A program made the position numbers and the translations under genes. 57,684 nt of DNA from an uncultured Candidatus Competibacteraceae bacterium (lineage in GTDB: Bacteria > Bacteroidota > Bacteroidia > CAIKAF01), in the NCBI GenBank assembly GCA_964473995.1, contig CAYYRB010000005.1, forward strand, positions 3,802 to 61,485. Reading direction: 5' to 3'. Under the pieces are notes generated by a model, which searched no databases, was not told the DNA's origin, and saw only the letters and a list, made by a program, of their open reading frames with translations. The number at the start of each line of letters is the position of its first letter. The first letter of the stretch is position 1. Of the stretch, positions 45,793 through 57,634 are shown piece after piece.

Positions 45793-46347
45793 TTATTTAC
45801 CGGCCGATTTACCCGCTTTACGGCGCAGTACTTCAGAAGCAAACTTAATACCTTTCCCTTTGTACGGTTCAGGCTTACGCAGAGACCGTATTTTAGCGGC
45901 AACCTGACCCAACAATTGTTTGTCATGGCTGCTCAGGGTAATGCTGGGCGCTTTTCCTTTTTCCGCTTTTGTTTCTACGGAGACCTCTTTGGGCAATTCG
46001 AAGAGAACATTATGCGAGAAACCCAACGTGAGTTCTAAAAGTTGTCCTTTGGCTTCAGCACGGTAACCTACACCTACCAATTCCTGCTCAGATTTAAATC
46101 CTGTACTTACCCCGGTAACCATATTACTGAGTAGAGAACGGTATAACCCATGCATAGCTTTGTGGCGTTTTTGATCCGATTCACGAACCAAGGTCATCTT
46201 TCCGTTTTCAACGTTCACACTGATGGAAGGATCAACAGCCTGCTTCAATTCGGCTTTTGGACCCTTCACGGAAACCACGTTATTTTCGTTTACCGTTACG
46301 GTAACTCCCGCAGGGAGTGTAATCGGCAATTTTCCAATTCTTGACAT
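45793..46347 (-). CDS. rplF: 50S ribosomal protein uL6
   Basis: MSRIGKLPITLPAGV and PEPYKGKGI. Confidence 0.98.
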   Translation of the reverse strand: MSRIGKLPITLPAGVTVTVNENNVVSVKGPKAELKQAVDPSISVNVENGKMTLVRESDQKRHKAMHGLYRSLLSNMVTGVSTGFKSEQELVGVGYRAEAKGQLLELTLGFSHNVLFELPKEVSVETKAEKGKAPSITLSSHDKQLLGQVAAKIRSLRKPEPYKGKGIKFASEVLRRKAGKSAGK

Positions 46348-46362
46348 TGCTTTTAAATTCGT

Positions 46363-46755
46363 TTAATACACGTAACACAATACTTCTCCGCCCACGTTCA
46401 ATTCCCTGGCGCGCTTGTCCGACATAACACCTTGTGATGTGGACAGAATAGCGATACCCAATCCGTTCAGAACTCTTGGAAGGTCAACAGCACTGCTGTA
46501 CTTTCTAAGGCCGGGAGTACTCACGCGGGTGATGCTTCTGATGGCGGATTCTTTTGAAACAGGGTGGTATTTGAGGGCAATCTTTATCTTTTCCTGATTC
46601 CCTTCCTTTTCAAATTTATAATTGGCTATAAAGCCTTTATCAAAAAGAATTTTAGTAATGTCTTTTTTGATGTTGGAAGCCGGCGCTTCTACCACGCGGT
46701 GGTTAGCTTTTGAGGCATTCCTTATTTTAGTCAAAAAATCTGCAATAGGATCCAT
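46363..46755 (-). CDS. rpsH: 30S ribosomal protein uS8
   Basis: [13 protein letters not shown] and the C-terminal GGEVLCYVY. Confidence 0.98.
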   Translation of the reverse strand: MDPIADFLTKIRNASKANHRVVEAPASNIKKDITKILFDKGFIANYKFEKEGNQEKIKIALKYHPVSKESAIRSITRVSTPGLRKYSSAVDLPRVLNGLGIAILSTSQGVMSDKRARELNVGGEVLCYVY

Positions 46756-46772
46756 TTCCTTATATTTTTAGT

Positions 46773-47042
46773 TTACCAACTGGCTTTTTTAACACCGGGA
46801 ATTAAACCGAAATTGGCCATTTCACGGAATTGATTACGGCAAATACCGAACTGACGTATGTATCCTTTAGGGCGACCTGTCAGTTTACAACGGTTGTGCA
46901 GACGCACGGGAGATGAGTTTGCAGGAAGCTGGGCAAGTCCCTGGTAATCACCGGCGGCTTTAAGAGCAGCTCTTTTTTCGGCAAACTTAGCTACCATGCG
47001 CTCTCTTTTCCTTTGTTTTGCTTTGGCTGATTCTTTTGCCAT
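46773..47042 (-). CDS. rpsN: 30S ribosomal protein uS14 (long, non-zinc form)
   Basis: 89 aa with [19 protein letters not shown] and the C-terminal GVKKASW. Confidence 0.97.
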   Translation of the reverse strand: MAKESAKAKQRKRERMVAKFAEKRAALKAAGDYQGLAQLPANSSPVRLHNRCKLTGRPKGYIRQFGICRNQFREMANFGLIPGVKKASW

Positions 47043-47048
47043 TTCTCG

Positions 47049-47603
47049 TTATTTCTTAATGTTATTAAAAGGCATTCCAAATTCTTTCAACAGCGCATAC
47101 GCTTCACTGTCGTTCGGTGCGGTGGTTACAAACGTAATATCCATACCGTTGATCTTGGCCACTTTATCAATGTCAATCTCAGGAAAAATAATTTGCTCGG
47201 TAATTCCCAGATTGTAATTTCCCCTTCCGTCAAAACCTTTGGCGTTTACTCCTTTGAAATCGCGGATACGGGGAAGTGAAATAGATAACAGACGATCCAA
47301 AAATTCGTACATTTTTTCTCCACGAAGCGTTACCCGTACACCAACATTCACTCCTTTGCGGAGTTTAAAGTTGGAGATATCTTTTTTAGACTTGGTAGCC
47401 ACGGCTTTTTGACCGGCAATGGTGGTCATTTCAGCCGCTGCCGTATCAATGAGTCGCTTGTCTGCAACGGCACCGCCCACACCCTGATTCAAAACGATCT
47501 TGGTGATTTTTGGTACCTGCATGATGGACTTATATTGGAACTGCTGCATCAGTGCAGGAACCACTTCATTTTTATACTTCTCTTTTAATCTGGCCTGGTG
47601 CAT
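47049..47603 (-). CDS. rplE: 50S ribosomal protein uL5
   Basis: 184 aa with the PRIRDF.G motif and operon position. Confidence 0.98.
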   Translation of the reverse strand: MHQARLKEKYKNEVVPALMQQFQYKSIMQVPKITKIVLNQGVGGAVADKRLIDTAAAEMTTIAGQKAVATKSKKDISNFKLRKGVNVGVRVTLRGEKMYEFLDRLLSISLPRIRDFKGVNAKGFDGRGNYNLGITEQIIFPEIDIDKVAKINGMDITFVTTAPNDSEAYALLKEFGMPFNNIKK

Positions 47604-47935
47604 TACTCAATGATTAATGTTTTACCTTCTTTTTTTGCCTTTACCGAAATGCGTACGGTTTTTCCTGATTTCTCATCAGTCATTCTTCCGATTCTTGTAG
47701 GCTTGCCCTGTGAATCCACCACTTTTAATTTGCTGATGTGCAAAGGAGCTTCTTTCTTGATGATTCCCCCGTTTGGCGATTGGGCAGAGGGTTTGGTATG
47801 GCGCGAAACCATGTTGACTCCTTCCACCGTAGCCCGACCATTTTTGATATCCACGGAAGATACAGTGCCCTGTTTTCCTTTGTTTTCGCCGGAAATTACG
47901 ACTACCTTATCACCTTTTTTTATGTGTGCTTTCAT
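47603..47935 (-). CDS. rplX: 50S ribosomal protein uL24
   Basis: [22 protein letters not shown] (KOW motif). Confidence 0.97.
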   Translation of the reverse strand: MKAHIKKGDKVVVISGENKGKQGTVSSVDIKNGRATVEGVNMVSRHTKPSAQSPNGGIIKKEAPLHISKLKVVDSQGKPTRIGRMTDEKSGKTVRISVKAKKEGKTLIIE

Positions 47936-47950
47936 TTTCCTGCCTCTGGT

Positions 47951-48319
47951 TTAAAGCACCTCAGGTGCCAATGATACAATTTTCATGAACTGCTTTTCGC
48001 GAAGTTCGCGGGCTACCGGACCAAAAATCCGTGTTCCACGCATTTCTCCGGTATTGTTTAGCAGAACCGCCGCGTTGTCATCGAAACGGATATAAGATCC
48101 GTCGGAACGGCGAACTTCTTTACTGGTTCTTACAATTACGGCTTTGGTTACCTGGCCTTTTTTTACGTTTCCGGTGGGCATGGCGTGTTTAACGGTAACT
48201 ACCACCGTATCACCTAATCCGGCATACCTTCTGCGGGTACCGCCCAATACGCGTATAACCAATACTTCTTTGGCGCCGCTGTTGTCTGCTACTGTGAGTC
48301 TGGATTCTGACTGGATCAT
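47951..48319 (-). CDS. rplN: 50S ribosomal protein uL14
   Basis: [17 protein letters not shown] and a length of 122 aa. Confidence 0.98.
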   Translation of the reverse strand: MIQSESRLTVADNSGAKEVLVIRVLGGTRRRYAGLGDTVVVTVKHAMPTGNVKKGQVTKAVIVRTSKEVRRSDGSYIRFDDNAAVLLNNTGEMRGTRIFGPVARELREKQFMKIVSLAPEVL

Positions 48320-48321
48320 GA

Positions 48322-48588
48322 TTATTTAGCCCTTTCTACGATTTCAACTAAACGCCAATTTTTCAACTTACTCAGAGGACGCGTTTCCATGATGCGTACC
48401 GTGTCACCGATACCACACTCTGCTTTCTCGTCATGAGCATAGAACTTTTTAGTTCTTTTTACGAACTTCCCGTATTTCGGGTGTTTCACTTTCCTCTCCA
48501 CGGATACCACGATGGTTTTTTCCATTTTGTTGGAAGTTACTATTCCAATTCTCTCTTTACGGGCGTTTCTTGTTACGATTTCCGACAT
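48322..48588 (-). CDS. rpsQ: 30S ribosomal protein uS17
   Basis: [20 protein letters not shown] and [13 protein letters not shown]. Confidence 0.97.
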   Translation of the reverse strand: MSEIVTRNARKERIGIVTSNKMEKTIVVSVERKVKHPKYGKFVKRTKKFYAHDEKAECGIGDTVRIMETRPLSKLKNWRLVEIVERAK

Positions 48589-48600
48589 GGAATCTGTTTT

Positions 48601-48804
48601 TTATTTATTAACTTCTGCCAATTCACGTTTTCTTATTTCGGTAAGAAGGCGTGCAATGGATTTTCTTTGAACGCGCAATGTGAGTGGATTCTCCAAAGGA
48701 GAAACCGCATGATTCATTTTCATTCTTACCAATTCTGATTGAAAATCAACCAGCTTTTCTTTTAATTCTGAGTTAGATAACTCTTTTATCTCCGTATTTT
48801 TCAT
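48601..48804 (-). CDS. rpmC: 50S ribosomal protein uL29
   Basis: A 67-aa helical protein between rplP and rpsQ. Confidence 0.95.
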   Translation of the reverse strand: MKNTEIKELSNSELKEKLVDFQSELVRMKMNHAVSPLENPLTLRVQRKSIARLLTEIRKRELAEVNK

Positions 48805-48816
48805 ACATGCTTTGTA

Positions 48817-49236
48817 TTAGGCCACGTAATCACGTCTGATCATAAATTTAGTACGCACGGGAAGCTTTTGTGCGGCGAGGCGAAGTGCTTCTTCTGCGAT
48901 GGCTTGGTCTACACCTTCCACTTCAAAAAGAATTCTACCTGGTCTTACCACGGCTGCCCAAAACTCAGGTGCTCCTTTTCCTTTACCCATCCTTACCTCA
49001 GCGGGTTTGCGCGTAACCGGTTTGTCGGGGAAAATACGGATCCACACCTGACCTTCACGTTTCATATAACGATTGAGTGCCACCCGGGCAGCTTCAATCT
49101 GGCGGGCAGTAAGCCATACTTCATCCAGCGATTTCAGCGCAAATGACCCGAAGGCAATCTCCGTTCCACGGCTGCAGTTTCCTTTCATGCGGCCTTTCTG
49201 AACTTTCCTGTATTTTACTCTTTTCGGTGATAACAT
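48817..49236 (-). CDS. rplP: 50S ribosomal protein uL16
   Basis: [19 protein letters not shown] and RMGKGKG. Confidence 0.98.
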   Translation of the reverse strand: MLSPKRVKYRKVQKGRMKGNCSRGTEIAFGSFALKSLDEVWLTARQIEAARVALNRYMKREGQVWIRIFPDKPVTRKPAEVRMGKGKGAPEFWAAVVRPGRILFEVEGVDQAIAEEALRLAAQKLPVRTKFMIRRDYVA

Positions 49237-49265
49237 GTCAACTTATTATTTTCCGGTCTTTCCGG

Positions 49266-50024
49266 TTATTTTCTTTTTCTTCTTGAATCTCCCGCAGGAC
49301 GTCCTTCTCTATTTCCCTTTTCGAAACGTTCCGGACGATCGTTCATTGCACCCGACTTTCTGGTTTTCTGCATACCCAGGTTTGGACTTAAATCTCTTTT
49401 TCCGTAGACTTCTCCCAGACATACCCATACTTTTATACCGATGCGGCCATAGGTGGTGTGAGCTTCAGCTACTGCGTAATCGATATCGGCCCGGAATGTA
49501 TGCAATGGCGTACGTCCCTCTTTGAAGTTTTCACTTCTGGCCATTTCAGCCCCGGCAAGTCTTCCCGATAAGTTAATTTTAATTCCTTCAGCACCCATTC
49601 TTATGGCAGATGAAATAGCCATTTTGGCTGCACGGCGGAATGCAACACGGCCTTCAATTTGCCGGGCGATGGAATCGGCCACCAGTCTGGCATCAATTTC
49701 AGGACGCTTGATTTCAAAAATGTTTATTTGAATTTCCTTTGTCGTAATCTTTTTCAATTCTTCACGAAGCTTATCTACCTCCTGTCCTCCTTTACCGATG
49801 ATGATCCCGGGGCGTGCGGTATGAATGGTAATCGTGATCAGCTTCAGTGTACGCTCGATAACCACTTTGGAGATACTCGCCTTTACAAGACGGGCCATGA
49901 TGTATTTGCGGATCTTATTATCCTCCACAATTTTGTCGGCATAGTTATCTCCACCATACCAATTGGAATCCCACCCTTTGATGAATCCCAGTCTGTTACC
50001 TATCGGATTGGTCTTTTGTCCCAT
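49266..50024 (-). CDS. rpsC: 30S ribosomal protein uS3 (basic C-terminal extension)
   Basis: [13 protein letters not shown] and a KH domain. Length is 252 aa. Confidence 0.98.
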   Translation of the reverse strand: MGQKTNPIGNRLGFIKGWDSNWYGGDNYADKIVEDNKIRKYIMARLVKASISKVVIERTLKLITITIHTARPGIIIGKGGQEVDKLREELKKITTKEIQINIFEIKRPEIDARLVADSIARQIEGRVAFRRAAKMAISSAIRMGAEGIKINLSGRLAGAEMARSENFKEGRTPLHTFRADIDYAVAEAHTTYGRIGIKVWVCLGEVYGKRDLSPNLGMQKTRKSGAMNDRPERFEKGNREGRPAGDSRRKRK

Positions 50025-50039
50025 ATTAATTGGATTCCC

Positions 50040-50483
50040 TTATTCGTTTTCGTTTGATATTGTTTTCGTCATGATGTCCGACTTGATGCCCTCATTGCGG
50101 GTATCCAGCTCCACGGTTACGTGGTTGCTGCGTTTCCGCTTGCGGTATGCGCGTCCCTGGGGGGCTGGCTGAATTCTTTTCAGCATCGCTCCACCGTCAA
50201 CAAAAATGGTTTTAACATAAAGCTCACTTTCGTCAGCCTTGAGTCCAGATTTTTGCTCAAAGTTGTCTGCCGCAGAACGGATAAGTTTGTACAATCGGCC
50301 CGCCGCTTCTTTACCCGTGAAGGTAAGAATATCCAACGCTTTGTTCAAATCCTCACCGCGGATGATATCGGCCACCAGTCTCATTTTGCGAGGTGATGTC
50401 GGGCAGTTGTTCAACTTCGCAAAATACCTTGTCTTGTTGGCCTCTTTGCGGTTGTCTGCTGCTATACGTTTTCTTGCACCCAT
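50040..50483 (-). CDS. rplV: 50S ribosomal protein uL22
   Basis: [14 protein letters not shown] motif. Confidence 0.97.
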   Translation of the reverse strand: MGARKRIAADNRKEANKTRYFAKLNNCPTSPRKMRLVADIIRGEDLNKALDILTFTGKEAAGRLYKLIRSAADNFEQKSGLKADESELYVKTIFVDGGAMLKRIQPAPQGRAYRKRKRSNHVTVELDTRNEGIKSDIMTKTISNENE

Positions 50484-50504
50484 GATTCGTTCTAATCAGT
50501 TAAA

Positions 50505-50774
50505 TTATTTTTTCTTATTGCCGCTGTGTCCGCGGAAAGTGCGGGTAGGGGAGAACTCGCCCAGTTTATGACCTACCATGTTCTCGGTCACATACACAGG
50601 GATAAATTTATTTCCGTTATGCACCGCGATTGTGTGACCCACAAAATCGGGAGAAATCATACTTCTTCTTGACCAAGTTTTGATTACGGTTCTTTTGTTG
50701 GAATCGTTCATTTCCAAAACCCGTTTTTCTAACTTGAAATCTATGAATGGACCTTTTTTAAGTGATCTTGACAT
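50505..50774 (-). CDS. rpsS: 30S ribosomal protein uS19
   Basis: [12 protein letters not shown] and [13 protein letters not shown]. Confidence 0.98.
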   Translation of the reverse strand: MSRSLKKGPFIDFKLEKRVLEMNDSNKRTVIKTWSRRSMISPDFVGHTIAVHNGNKFIPVYVTENMVGHKLGEFSPTRTFRGHSGNKKK

Positions 50775-50782
50775 ACCTTAAA

Positions 50783-51607
50783 TTATTTCTTACGTCTTTC
50801 GAGGATAAACTTCGATGATGGATTTTTAGGCGCCCGTGTTTTATACCCTTTAGCCGGAATTCCTTTGCGTGAACGCGGGTGACCTCCTGATGCACGTCCC
50901 TCACCACCACCCATCGGGTGATCTACAGGGTTCATGGCAACTGGGCGTGTACGCGGACGTTTACCCAACCAACGCTTACGGCCGGCTTTACCATGTACGA
51001 TCAGGTTGTTCTCAGGGTTCGACAAGCTGCCTATGGTAGCGAGACAAGTCAATAGAATTTTACGGATTTCACCGGAAGGCATTTTTATTACGGCATAATT
51101 TCCGTCACGTGCCATCAATTGGGCATAACTGCCCGCACTTCTTACCAGGATGCCTCCCGCTCCGGGATTCATTTCTAAATTATGAATCACCGTACCGAGA
51201 GGTATTTCGGACAATGGTAATGTATTACCTACCTCAGGAGCACTGCCGGCACCTGAAACGAGTTTCTGACCTACTTTCAGACCGTTGGGCGCAAGAATGT
51301 ATCTTTTTTCACCGTCTGCATACACCAAAAGGGCAATGCGTGCGGTGCGGTTCGGATCATACTCAATTGTTTTTACCTCTGCAGGAATACCGTGTTTGTT
51401 GCGCTTAAAATCGATGATGCGATATTGTCTTTTGTGACCGCCGCCGGTGTAGCGCATGGTCATTTTTCCAGAATTGTTTCTACCTCCTGATTTTTTCAGA
51501 GGAGCCAAAAGAGATTTTTCCGGAGTGTTGGATGTAATCTCCGCGAAATCTACCACTACTTTGTGGCGCGTGCCGGGCGTTACCGGATTTAATTTACGTA
51601 CTGCCAT
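50783..51607 (-). CDS. rplB: 50S ribosomal protein uL2
   Basis: 274 aa with [14 protein letters not shown]. Confidence 0.98.
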   Translation of the reverse strand: MAVRKLNPVTPGTRHKVVVDFAEITSNTPEKSLLAPLKKSGGRNNSGKMTMRYTGGGHKRQYRIIDFKRNKHGIPAEVKTIEYDPNRTARIALLVYADGEKRYILAPNGLKVGQKLVSGAGSAPEVGNTLPLSEIPLGTVIHNLEMNPGAGGILVRSAGSYAQLMARDGNYAVIKMPSGEIRKILLTCLATIGSLSNPENNLIVHGKAGRKRWLGKRPRTRPVAMNPVDHPMGGGEGRASGGHPRSRKGIPAKGYKTRAPKNPSSKFILERRKK

Positions 51608-51614
51608 GTCCTAA

Positions 51615-51908
51615 TCAGATATTACTGAAAAAGTCGATTGTTTCACCTGCCTTAACCGTAACTACGGCTTTCTTGTAATGGTTCTTTCTGCCGAAAGAAA
51701 ATCCCTTTTTGGTGTAGCGGCTGGTTGATTTACCCATGTAGCGCATTGTATTAACTTCCGTTACTGCAACGCCATAGGTATCTTCAACCGCTTTTTTTAT
51801 CTGGATTTTATTGGCTTCCATATCCACGATGAATCCATAACGGTTACCCTTCTCGGTCAGAGAGGTCATTTTTTCCGTCAGGACCGGTTTTTTTATGATC
51901 GCTTTCAT
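51615..51908 (-). CDS. rplW: 50S ribosomal protein uL23
   Basis: 97 aa, in the position between rplD and rplB. Confidence 0.96.
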   Translation of the reverse strand: MKAIIKKPVLTEKMTSLTEKGNRYGFIVDMEANKIQIKKAVEDTYGVAVTEVNTMRYMGKSTSRYTKKGFSFGRKNHYKKAVVTVKAGETIDFFSNI

Positions 51909-52541
51909 TTATTCTCCCGTTAAGAGTTCTTCAATTTTCTTTATTGACGCCTCGGTTAAAACAATTTTATCGGCATTAACAAGCTGATAAGTGTTTAAAT
52001 CTGAGGCAATTACAACGTCAGATCCCTTCAAATTTCGGGACGACAAATATACGCTTTTATTGGATTCACCAACTATCCAGAGTGTTTTTTTGTCTAAAAC
52101 ATCGAAATTCTTAAGAATCTGAACAAAATCTTTTGTTTTCGGCTCACTTAAATTTATTCCATCAACAACAAGCAGATTTCCTTCGGCTGCTTTAGCGGAT
52201 AGGGCTGATTTTCTTGCTAATTTCTTAAGTGATTTATTCAGTTTGAATCCGTAATCTCTGGGACGTGGTCCAAATACAGTACCCCCTCCTATGAACAAGG
52301 GAGATTTGATAGATCCTGCACGGGCTCCGCCGGTCCCCTTCTGTTTTTTAATTTTACGGGTCGAGCGTGCAACCTCAGCTCTTTCTTTGGTTTTCGCAGT
52401 TCCCTGGCGCTGGTTGGCTAAGTACTGTTTTACATCCAAATAAATGGCATGTTGACTCGGATCGATTCCAAAAACAGCATCGTTCAGCGAAACCTTCTTT
52501 CCTGTCTCTTTACCTTGTGTGTTGTATAATGAAAGTTCCAT
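51909..52541 (-). CDS. rplD: 50S ribosomal protein uL4
   Basis: KQKGTGGARAGSIKSPLFIGGG.VFGPRPR. Confidence 0.98.
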   Translation of the reverse strand: MELSLYNTQGKETGKKVSLNDAVFGIDPSQHAIYLDVKQYLANQRQGTAKTKERAEVARSTRKIKKQKGTGGARAGSIKSPLFIGGGTVFGPRPRDYGFKLNKSLKKLARKSALSAKAAEGNLLVVDGINLSEPKTKDFVQILKNFDVLDKKTLWIVGESNKSVYLSSRNLKGSDVVIASDLNTYQLVNADKIVLTEASIKKIEELLTGE

Positions 52542-52546
52542 GTCGC

Positions 52547-53161
52547 TTATTTTTCAATGATTATATAGCCTCCCTTAGGTCCGGGAATTGCTCCTTTTAC
52601 CAAAACCAAATTTTTATCGGCCAGAATTTTTACAATTTCCAGATTTTGCATTTTCACACGCGATCCGCCAGTTCTTCCGGCCATACGCATTCCTTTGAAT
52701 ACACGGCTTGGGAAAGATGATGCGCCCAATGAACCCGGGGCACGCAATCTATTGTGCTGTCCGTGTGTTTGCATACCTACACCGCTAAAACCGTGACGTT
52801 TTACAACACCTTGGAAACCTTTACCCTTAGATGTGCCTACCACATCAACAAATTCTCCTTCGTTAAAAATGTCAACGGATACCGTATCTCCTAACGATTT
52901 AGGCGCATCAAATTCAAATTCGGCTACTTTCCTCTTGGAGGTGGTATTCGCCTTTTGAAAGTGTCCTTTCAATTGACGGGTTGTGTTTTTTTCTTTGGCG
53001 TCATCAAAGGCCAACTGCACTGCGTCATAACCCTCTTTTTCCTTAGATTTTACTTGGGTTACCACACATGGGCCAGCCTCAATTACGGTACAGGCTACAT
53101 TCTTGCCATCTTCCGTAAAGATGCTTGTCATTCCGACTTTTTTTCCAATTATTCCTGCCAT
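52547..53161 (-). CDS. rplC: 50S ribosomal protein uL3
   Basis: [13 protein letters not shown] and [14 protein letters not shown]. Confidence 0.98.
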   Translation of the reverse strand: MAGIIGKKVGMTSIFTEDGKNVACTVIEAGPCVVTQVKSKEKEGYDAVQLAFDDAKEKNTTRQLKGHFQKANTTSKRKVAEFEFDAPKSLGDTVSVDIFNEGEFVDVVGTSKGKGFQGVVKRHGFSGVGMQTHGQHNRLRAPGSLGASSFPSRVFKGMRMAGRTGGSRVKMQNLEIVKILADKNLVLVKGAIPGPKGGYIIIEK

Positions 53162-53219
53162 TTTTATCTGATTTATTCCGCATAGGATTCCGCCGGAGGA
53201 ATCATACGGAGGTGATTAA

Positions 53220-53525
53220 CTAAACTTTTATTTCTACTTCAACACCGCTGGGAAGCTCCAGTTTCATAAGTGCATCGATCGTTTTGGAAGAAGAACTGTA
53301 GATATCCATCAACCGCTTGTAAGAGGAAAGTTGGAATTGTTCTCTTGCTTTTTTGTTTACGTGAGGTGAACGCAATACCGTGAAGATACGCTTGTGCGTG
53401 GGAAGTGGAATGGGTCCATTCACCACGGCTCCCGTAGATTTTACCGTTTTTACGATTTTCTCGGCGGATTTATCCACCAGATTATGATCGTACGATTTTA
53501 ATTTGATTCTGATTCGCTGACTCAT
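53220..53525 (-). CDS. rpsJ: 30S ribosomal protein uS10
   Basis: [11 protein letters not shown] and a length of 101 aa. Confidence 0.98.
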   Translation of the reverse strand: MSQRIRIKLKSYDHNLVDKSAEKIVKTVKSTGAVVNGPIPLPTHKRIFTVLRSPHVNKKAREQFQLSSYKRLMDIYSSSSKTIDALMKLELPSGVEVEIKV

Positions 53526-53557
53526 GTTTGGTCTGATTATAAAGAACGTTCTATAAT

Positions 53558-55663
53558 TTATGCAGTTACTTTCCCTTTTACTTTAGCCACCACATCTTCT
53601 TGAATGTTCCGTGGAGCTTGCTCATAGTGGTCAAATTCCATGGTAGAAGATGCACGTCCCGAGGTAATGGTTCTGAGCTGGGTAACATATCCGAACATTT
53701 CGGACAGAGGAACTTTCGCTTTGATAACTTTTGCATTGGAGCGGCTATCCATTCCTTCAATAACTCCACGGCGACGGTTAAGGTCACCTACCACGTCACC
53801 CATGTTTTCCTCAGGAGTAACTACCTCCAATTTCATTATTGGCTCCAGCAAAATCGGATTTGATTTGGGAACTGCTTCGCGGAACGCCATTTTAGCGGCC
53901 AATTCGAAAGAAAGAGCATCCGAGTCCACGTTGTGGTATGAACCATCTACCAAAGAAACTTTTAGAGAGGTGATCGGGTACCCGGCGAGTACACCGGTTT
54001 TCATAGCTTCTTTGAATCCTTTTTCTACGGAAGGAATAAATTCACGCGGAACAGAGCCTCCTTTGATAAGATCCAGAAACTCCAAACCTTCTTTTTCAGC
54101 GCTTCCGGGTTCAATTTTAACGATGATATCGGCAAATTTACCTCTACCACCTGTTTGTTTTTTGTAAACTTCGCGGTGGTTTACGGTACCTAAAATAGCC
54201 TCTTTGTAAGCTACCTGTGGAGCACCCTGGTTGCATTCTACTTTAAATTCGCGCTTAAGACGGTCAAGGATGATTTCCAAGTGCAACTCACCCATTCCGC
54301 TGATGATGGTTTGCCCTGTTTCTTCATCTGTATGAACGCGGAAGGTAGGATCTTCCTCAGCCAATTTGGCCAAAGACATACCTAATTTATCCACATCAGC
54401 CTGGGTTTTGGGTTCGATGGCCAATCCGATTACAGGTTCGGGGAACACCATAGATTCCAGGATGATCGGGTTGGCCTCATCGCAGAGGGTATCACCAGTC
54501 TTAATATCTTTAAAACCTACCACGGCACCTATGTCACCCGCAGCGATTCGCTCAATTTGATTCTGCTTGTTGGCATGCATCTGGAAAATCCGGGAGATGC
54601 GCTCTTTGTTATCGGAACGGGAATTATATACATAAGACCCGGCTTCCAGAACACCGGAGTAGGCGCGGATAAAGCAAAGACGGCCTACAAACGGGTCGGT
54701 GGCAATTTTAAACGCCAATGCCGCAAACGGTTCAGATTCATCAGGTTTACGGGAAACCTCATCTCCTGTTTTGGGATTCGTGCCTACTATGGCCTCTTGG
54801 TCAAGAGGAGAGGGAAGCAATTCCATCACATAATCGAGCATGGTCTGAACGCCTTTATTCTTAAAGGACGAACCGCACATCATTGGAACGATGGCCATGT
54901 CAATAGTGGCCTTGCGCAGGGCCGTGAGGATTTCTGCCTCCGAAATGGAATTGGGATCCTCAAAATATTTTTCCATCAGACTTTCGTCGTATTCGGCAAC
55001 GGCTTCAAGAAGTTTTTCACGCCATTCTTTTGCCTCTTCCAAAAGATCGTCCGGAATGGGCACTTCTTGGAAGGTCATTCCTTTGGTATCTTCATCCCAA
55101 ACTATTCCGCGGAAATTAACCAGATCTACTACGCCTTTAAAATTGTCTTCAGAACCGATAGGAAGCTGAAGAGGAACTGCGTTACTTCCGAGCATTTCTT
55201 TAACCTGCTTGCACACGTTCAAAAAATCGGCACCGGAGCGATCCATTTTATTTACGAAACCGATACGTGATACATTGTAGTTGTTGGCAAGCCTCCAGTT
55301 TGTTTCTGACTGGGGTTCCACACCGTCAACCGCACTGAAAAGAAACACTAAACCATCCAATACACGCAAGGAGCGGTTTACCTCTACGGTAAAGTCTACG
55401 TGGCCGGGTGTGTCAATAATATTTACGTGATACTTGTTCCCGCGGTAGTTCCAATTTACCGTTGTGGCTGCTGAGGTGATTGTGATTCCGCGCTCAGCTT
55501 CCTGAACCATCCAGTCCATGGTGGAAGCACCATCATGGACCTCACCTATTTTGTGATTCACCCCGGAATAATAAAGAATACGCTCGGTTGTAGTTGTCTT
55601 GCCCGCGTCAATATGTGCGGCAATACCAATGTTTCGCGTAAATCTCAGGTCTCTTTTTGACAT
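53558..55663 (-). CDS. fusA: Elongation factor G
   Basis: G motifs [17 protein letters not shown] and NKMD. Length is 701 aa. Confidence 0.98.
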   Translation of the reverse strand: MSKRDLRFTRNIGIAAHIDAGKTTTTERILYYSGVNHKIGEVHDGASTMDWMVQEAERGITITSAATTVNWNYRGNKYHVNIIDTPGHVDFTVEVNRSLRVLDGLVFLFSAVDGVEPQSETNWRLANNYNVSRIGFVNKMDRSGADFLNVCKQVKEMLGSNAVPLQLPIGSEDNFKGVVDLVNFRGIVWDEDTKGMTFQEVPIPDDLLEEAKEWREKLLEAVAEYDESLMEKYFEDPNSISEAEILTALRKATIDMAIVPMMCGSSFKNKGVQTMLDYVMELLPSPLDQEAIVGTNPKTGDEVSRKPDESEPFAALAFKIATDPFVGRLCFIRAYSGVLEAGSYVYNSRSDNKERISRIFQMHANKQNQIERIAAGDIGAVVGFKDIKTGDTLCDEANPIILESMVFPEPVIGLAIEPKTQADVDKLGMSLAKLAEEDPTFRVHTDEETGQTIISGMGELHLEIILDRLKREFKVECNQGAPQVAYKEAILGTVNHREVYKKQTGGRGKFADIIVKIEPGSAEKEGLEFLDLIKGGSVPREFIPSVEKGFKEAMKTGVLAGYPITSLKVSLVDGSYHNVDSDALSFELAAKMAFREAVPKSNPILLEPIMKLEVVTPEENMGDVVGDLNRRRGVIEGMDSRSNAKVIKAKVPLSEMFGYVTQLRTITSGRASSTMEFDHYEQAPRNIQEDVVAKVKGKVTA

Positions 55664-55696
55664 ATTCGTGCGTTAGATTACTCTAGTCTGTTTTAT

Positions 55697-56167
55697 TTAT
55701 TTAAAGCGGAAATGAGAGAACGCTTTGTTGGCTTCAGCCATACGGTGCGTATCTTCTTTTTTCTTAAATGCTCCGCCTTCTTCTTTGAAGGCGGCAACAA
55801 TTTCATTAGCTAATTTTCTGGCCATTGATTTATCGTTCCTGGAACGTGAATAATTAATCATCCATTTCATGGCCATGGATGTTTTCCGGCTTGCACGAAT
55901 CTCCTGGGGAATCTGGAAAGTGGCACCGCCCACTCGACGGGAGCGTACCTCAACCTGTGGGGTTACGTTTTCCAAGGCTTTTTTCCAAACATCCAGTCCG
56001 TTCTCTCCTGTCTTTTTGGAAACTTCTTCTATGGCATCGTAGAAAATTTCGTAAGCGGTACTCTTCTTGCCTTCAAGCATCAGATTGTTTACGAATTTTG
56101 TTACCAATACGTCATTAAACTTCGGATCAGGAAGAATAATTCGTGCTTTTGGTTTGGTCTTTCTCAT
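55697..56167 (-). CDS. rpsG: 30S ribosomal protein uS7
   Basis: [15 protein letters not shown] and a length of 156 aa. Confidence 0.98.
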   Translation of the reverse strand: MRKTKPKARIILPDPKFNDVLVTKFVNNLMLEGKKSTAYEIFYDAIEEVSKKTGENGLDVWKKALENVTPQVEVRSRRVGGATFQIPQEIRASRKTSMAMKWMINYSRSRNDKSMARKLANEIVAAFKEEGGAFKKKEDTHRMAEANKAFSHFRFK

Positions 56168-56195
56168 CTTATGGAGTACTTAATCCTTTTATTAC

Positions 56196-56597
56196 TTATT
56201 TCTTTTTGGTGGCTCCCTTTTGTCCGGCTTTACCTTTTTTGGTACCGTATTTAGAGCGACGCTGATTTCTTCCTTCAACACCCGCAGTATCCAGTGCACC
56301 GCGAACGATATGGTAACGAACACCAGGTAAATCTTTCACCCTGCCTCCGCGAACCAACACAATACTGTGTTCCTGCAAATTATGTCCCTCTCCGGGAATG
56401 TAAGCGATAATCTCCGTTCCGTTTGTGAGCCTTACCTTGGCTACTTTACGCATGGCAGAATTAGGCTTTTTGGGAGTCGTCGTATACACCCTGGTACATA
56501 CGCCTCTTCTCTGAGGACAGGAATCTAAAGCAGCTGACTTGCTTTTACGCTTAATTTGCGTTCTTCCTTTACGCACTAATTGTTGAATCGTAGGCAT
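56196..56597 (-). CDS. rpsL: 30S ribosomal protein uS12
   Basis: [12 protein letters not shown] and [15 protein letters not shown]. Confidence 0.98.
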   Translation of the reverse strand: MPTIQQLVRKGRTQIKRKSKSAALDSCPQRRGVCTRVYTTTPKKPNSAMRKVAKVRLTNGTEIIAYIPGEGHNLQEHSIVLVRGGRVKDLPGVRYHIVRGALDTAGVEGRNQRRSKYGTKKGKAGQKGATKKK

Positions 56598-56655
56598 TTA
56601 AAAATCAGTTATTTACGTTTCAAATTCTCTATTTACGCCCTAAAATAGGGGAGCG

Positions 56656-56663
56656 CAAAGGTA
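56656..56663 (-). promoter_or_regulatory. Bacteroidota -7 promoter box TACCTTTG upstream of rpsL
   Basis: The plus strand reads caaaggta, 59 nt upstream of the rpsL ATG. It is a plausible promoter for the ribosomal supercluster. Confidence 0.5.
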
Positions 56664-56827
56664 GGATTTTTTGAATAATACACAACAGGATGTAAAATAT
56701 TTTTTCCTTTTTTCTCGTTCCAGCCTTCGTTTCTTGCTTTATCCTTGTAAGTCTCTCCGTGAATACATGAGTATAGGTTAGTTTAATTTAATCAATTTTG
56801 TCCCCGGAATTTTAATAATTAGGAAGT

Positions 56828-57634
56828 GTGGTCTACTTTATCGAGTTAGCCGTAAAAAGGATAGTTTGCTTTACCATATATAAGGTTATCGGGTACAGAC
56901 GAAAAGTGGTTAAGGCAAACCTGAAACGGGTGTTCCCTACCGCTTCTGTTTCTGACATACGCAAGATGGAGGCGGCCTTTTATGTTAATCTTTCCGACAT
57001 TTTGGTTGAAAGTGTTATGAGTTTATTTATTTCCAGATCCTTTCTTCTTACCCGCGTGAAAGTCGTGAATCCGGATTTGTTTTTGGAACTACATCAAAAA
57101 CACATCCCCACCTTTTTCTTAGGTGGGCATATTGGAAATTGGGAATGGGGAGGAATGGCTGCAGGGAATTTTTCTCCCATGCACAATGTGGCGGTTTATC
57201 TCCCGCTTAAAAATAAATGGGCGGATAAGCTTATGCGAAAAGTGCGAAAGCGATTAACGAAGGTGGATGTTCTGATTCCTTCCTCACGCCTTTACCGATA
57301 TCTCGCTACCTCTCGGATTCCTTTTCAGGTGTACAGCCTTTCAGATCAATCCCCACCTAAAAATAATTATGTCAGGGTTCCATTTTTCGACATTCCTACT
57401 GCTTTTTTTTCCGGCACACCACGAATGATTCAGAAGCTGGGAGCTGCCGTCGTGTATCTGGAGACGCGAAGGGTTCGGAGCGGGTATTACGAAGTCCGCT
57501 TATCAATGTTGCATGAAAACGGAGCGTCTGTTTCGGAGGAAGCTATGTTGAAATCATACGCCGCTGCCCTCGAATCCTCTGTAATGAAAAATCCCGCGGA
57601 CTGGTTATGGAGTCACAAGCGTTGGAAGTTTTAA
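56828..57634 (+). CDS. Lipid A biosynthesis (LpxL/HtrB-family) lysophospholipid acyltransferase
   Basis: GYRRKVVKANLKRVFP, the HxxxxE-type motif GGHIGNWEW and the C-terminal DWLWSHKRWK are typical of the family. The only available start is the GTG at 56828, because an in-frame TAA lies at 56816-56818. Confidence 0.85.
   Translation: MVYFIELAVKRIVCFTIYKVIGYRRKVVKANLKRVFPTASVSDIRKMEAAFYVNLSDILVESVMSLFISRSFLLTRVKVVNPDLFLELHQKHIPTFFLGGHIGNWEWGGMAAGNFSPMHNVAVYLPLKNKWADKLMRKVRKRLTKVDVLIPSSRLYRYLATSRIPFQVYSLSDQSPPKNNYVRVPFFDIPTAFFSGTPRMIQKLGAAVVYLETRRVRSGYYEVRLSMLHENGASVSEEAMLKSYAAALESSVMKNPADWLWSHKRWKF

Noticed and set aside
53186-53203. 6-bp hairpin (gattcc-gccgga-ggaatc) in the rpsJ-rplC spacer, considered as a possible L4 attenuator-like element
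   Set aside because: It is short and weak and sits downstream of rpsJ. The E. coli-type S10 leader lies upstream of rpsJ, so the evidence for any regulatory role is insufficient.
54557-55270. 237-aa plus-strand ORF inside fusA
   Set aside because: Antisense to EF-G.
53558-56597. Absence of tuf after fusA, considered as a possible deletion or rearrangement
   Set aside because: In Bacteroidota, tuf normally sits elsewhere, so rpsL-rpsG-fusA-rpsJ is the expected order.
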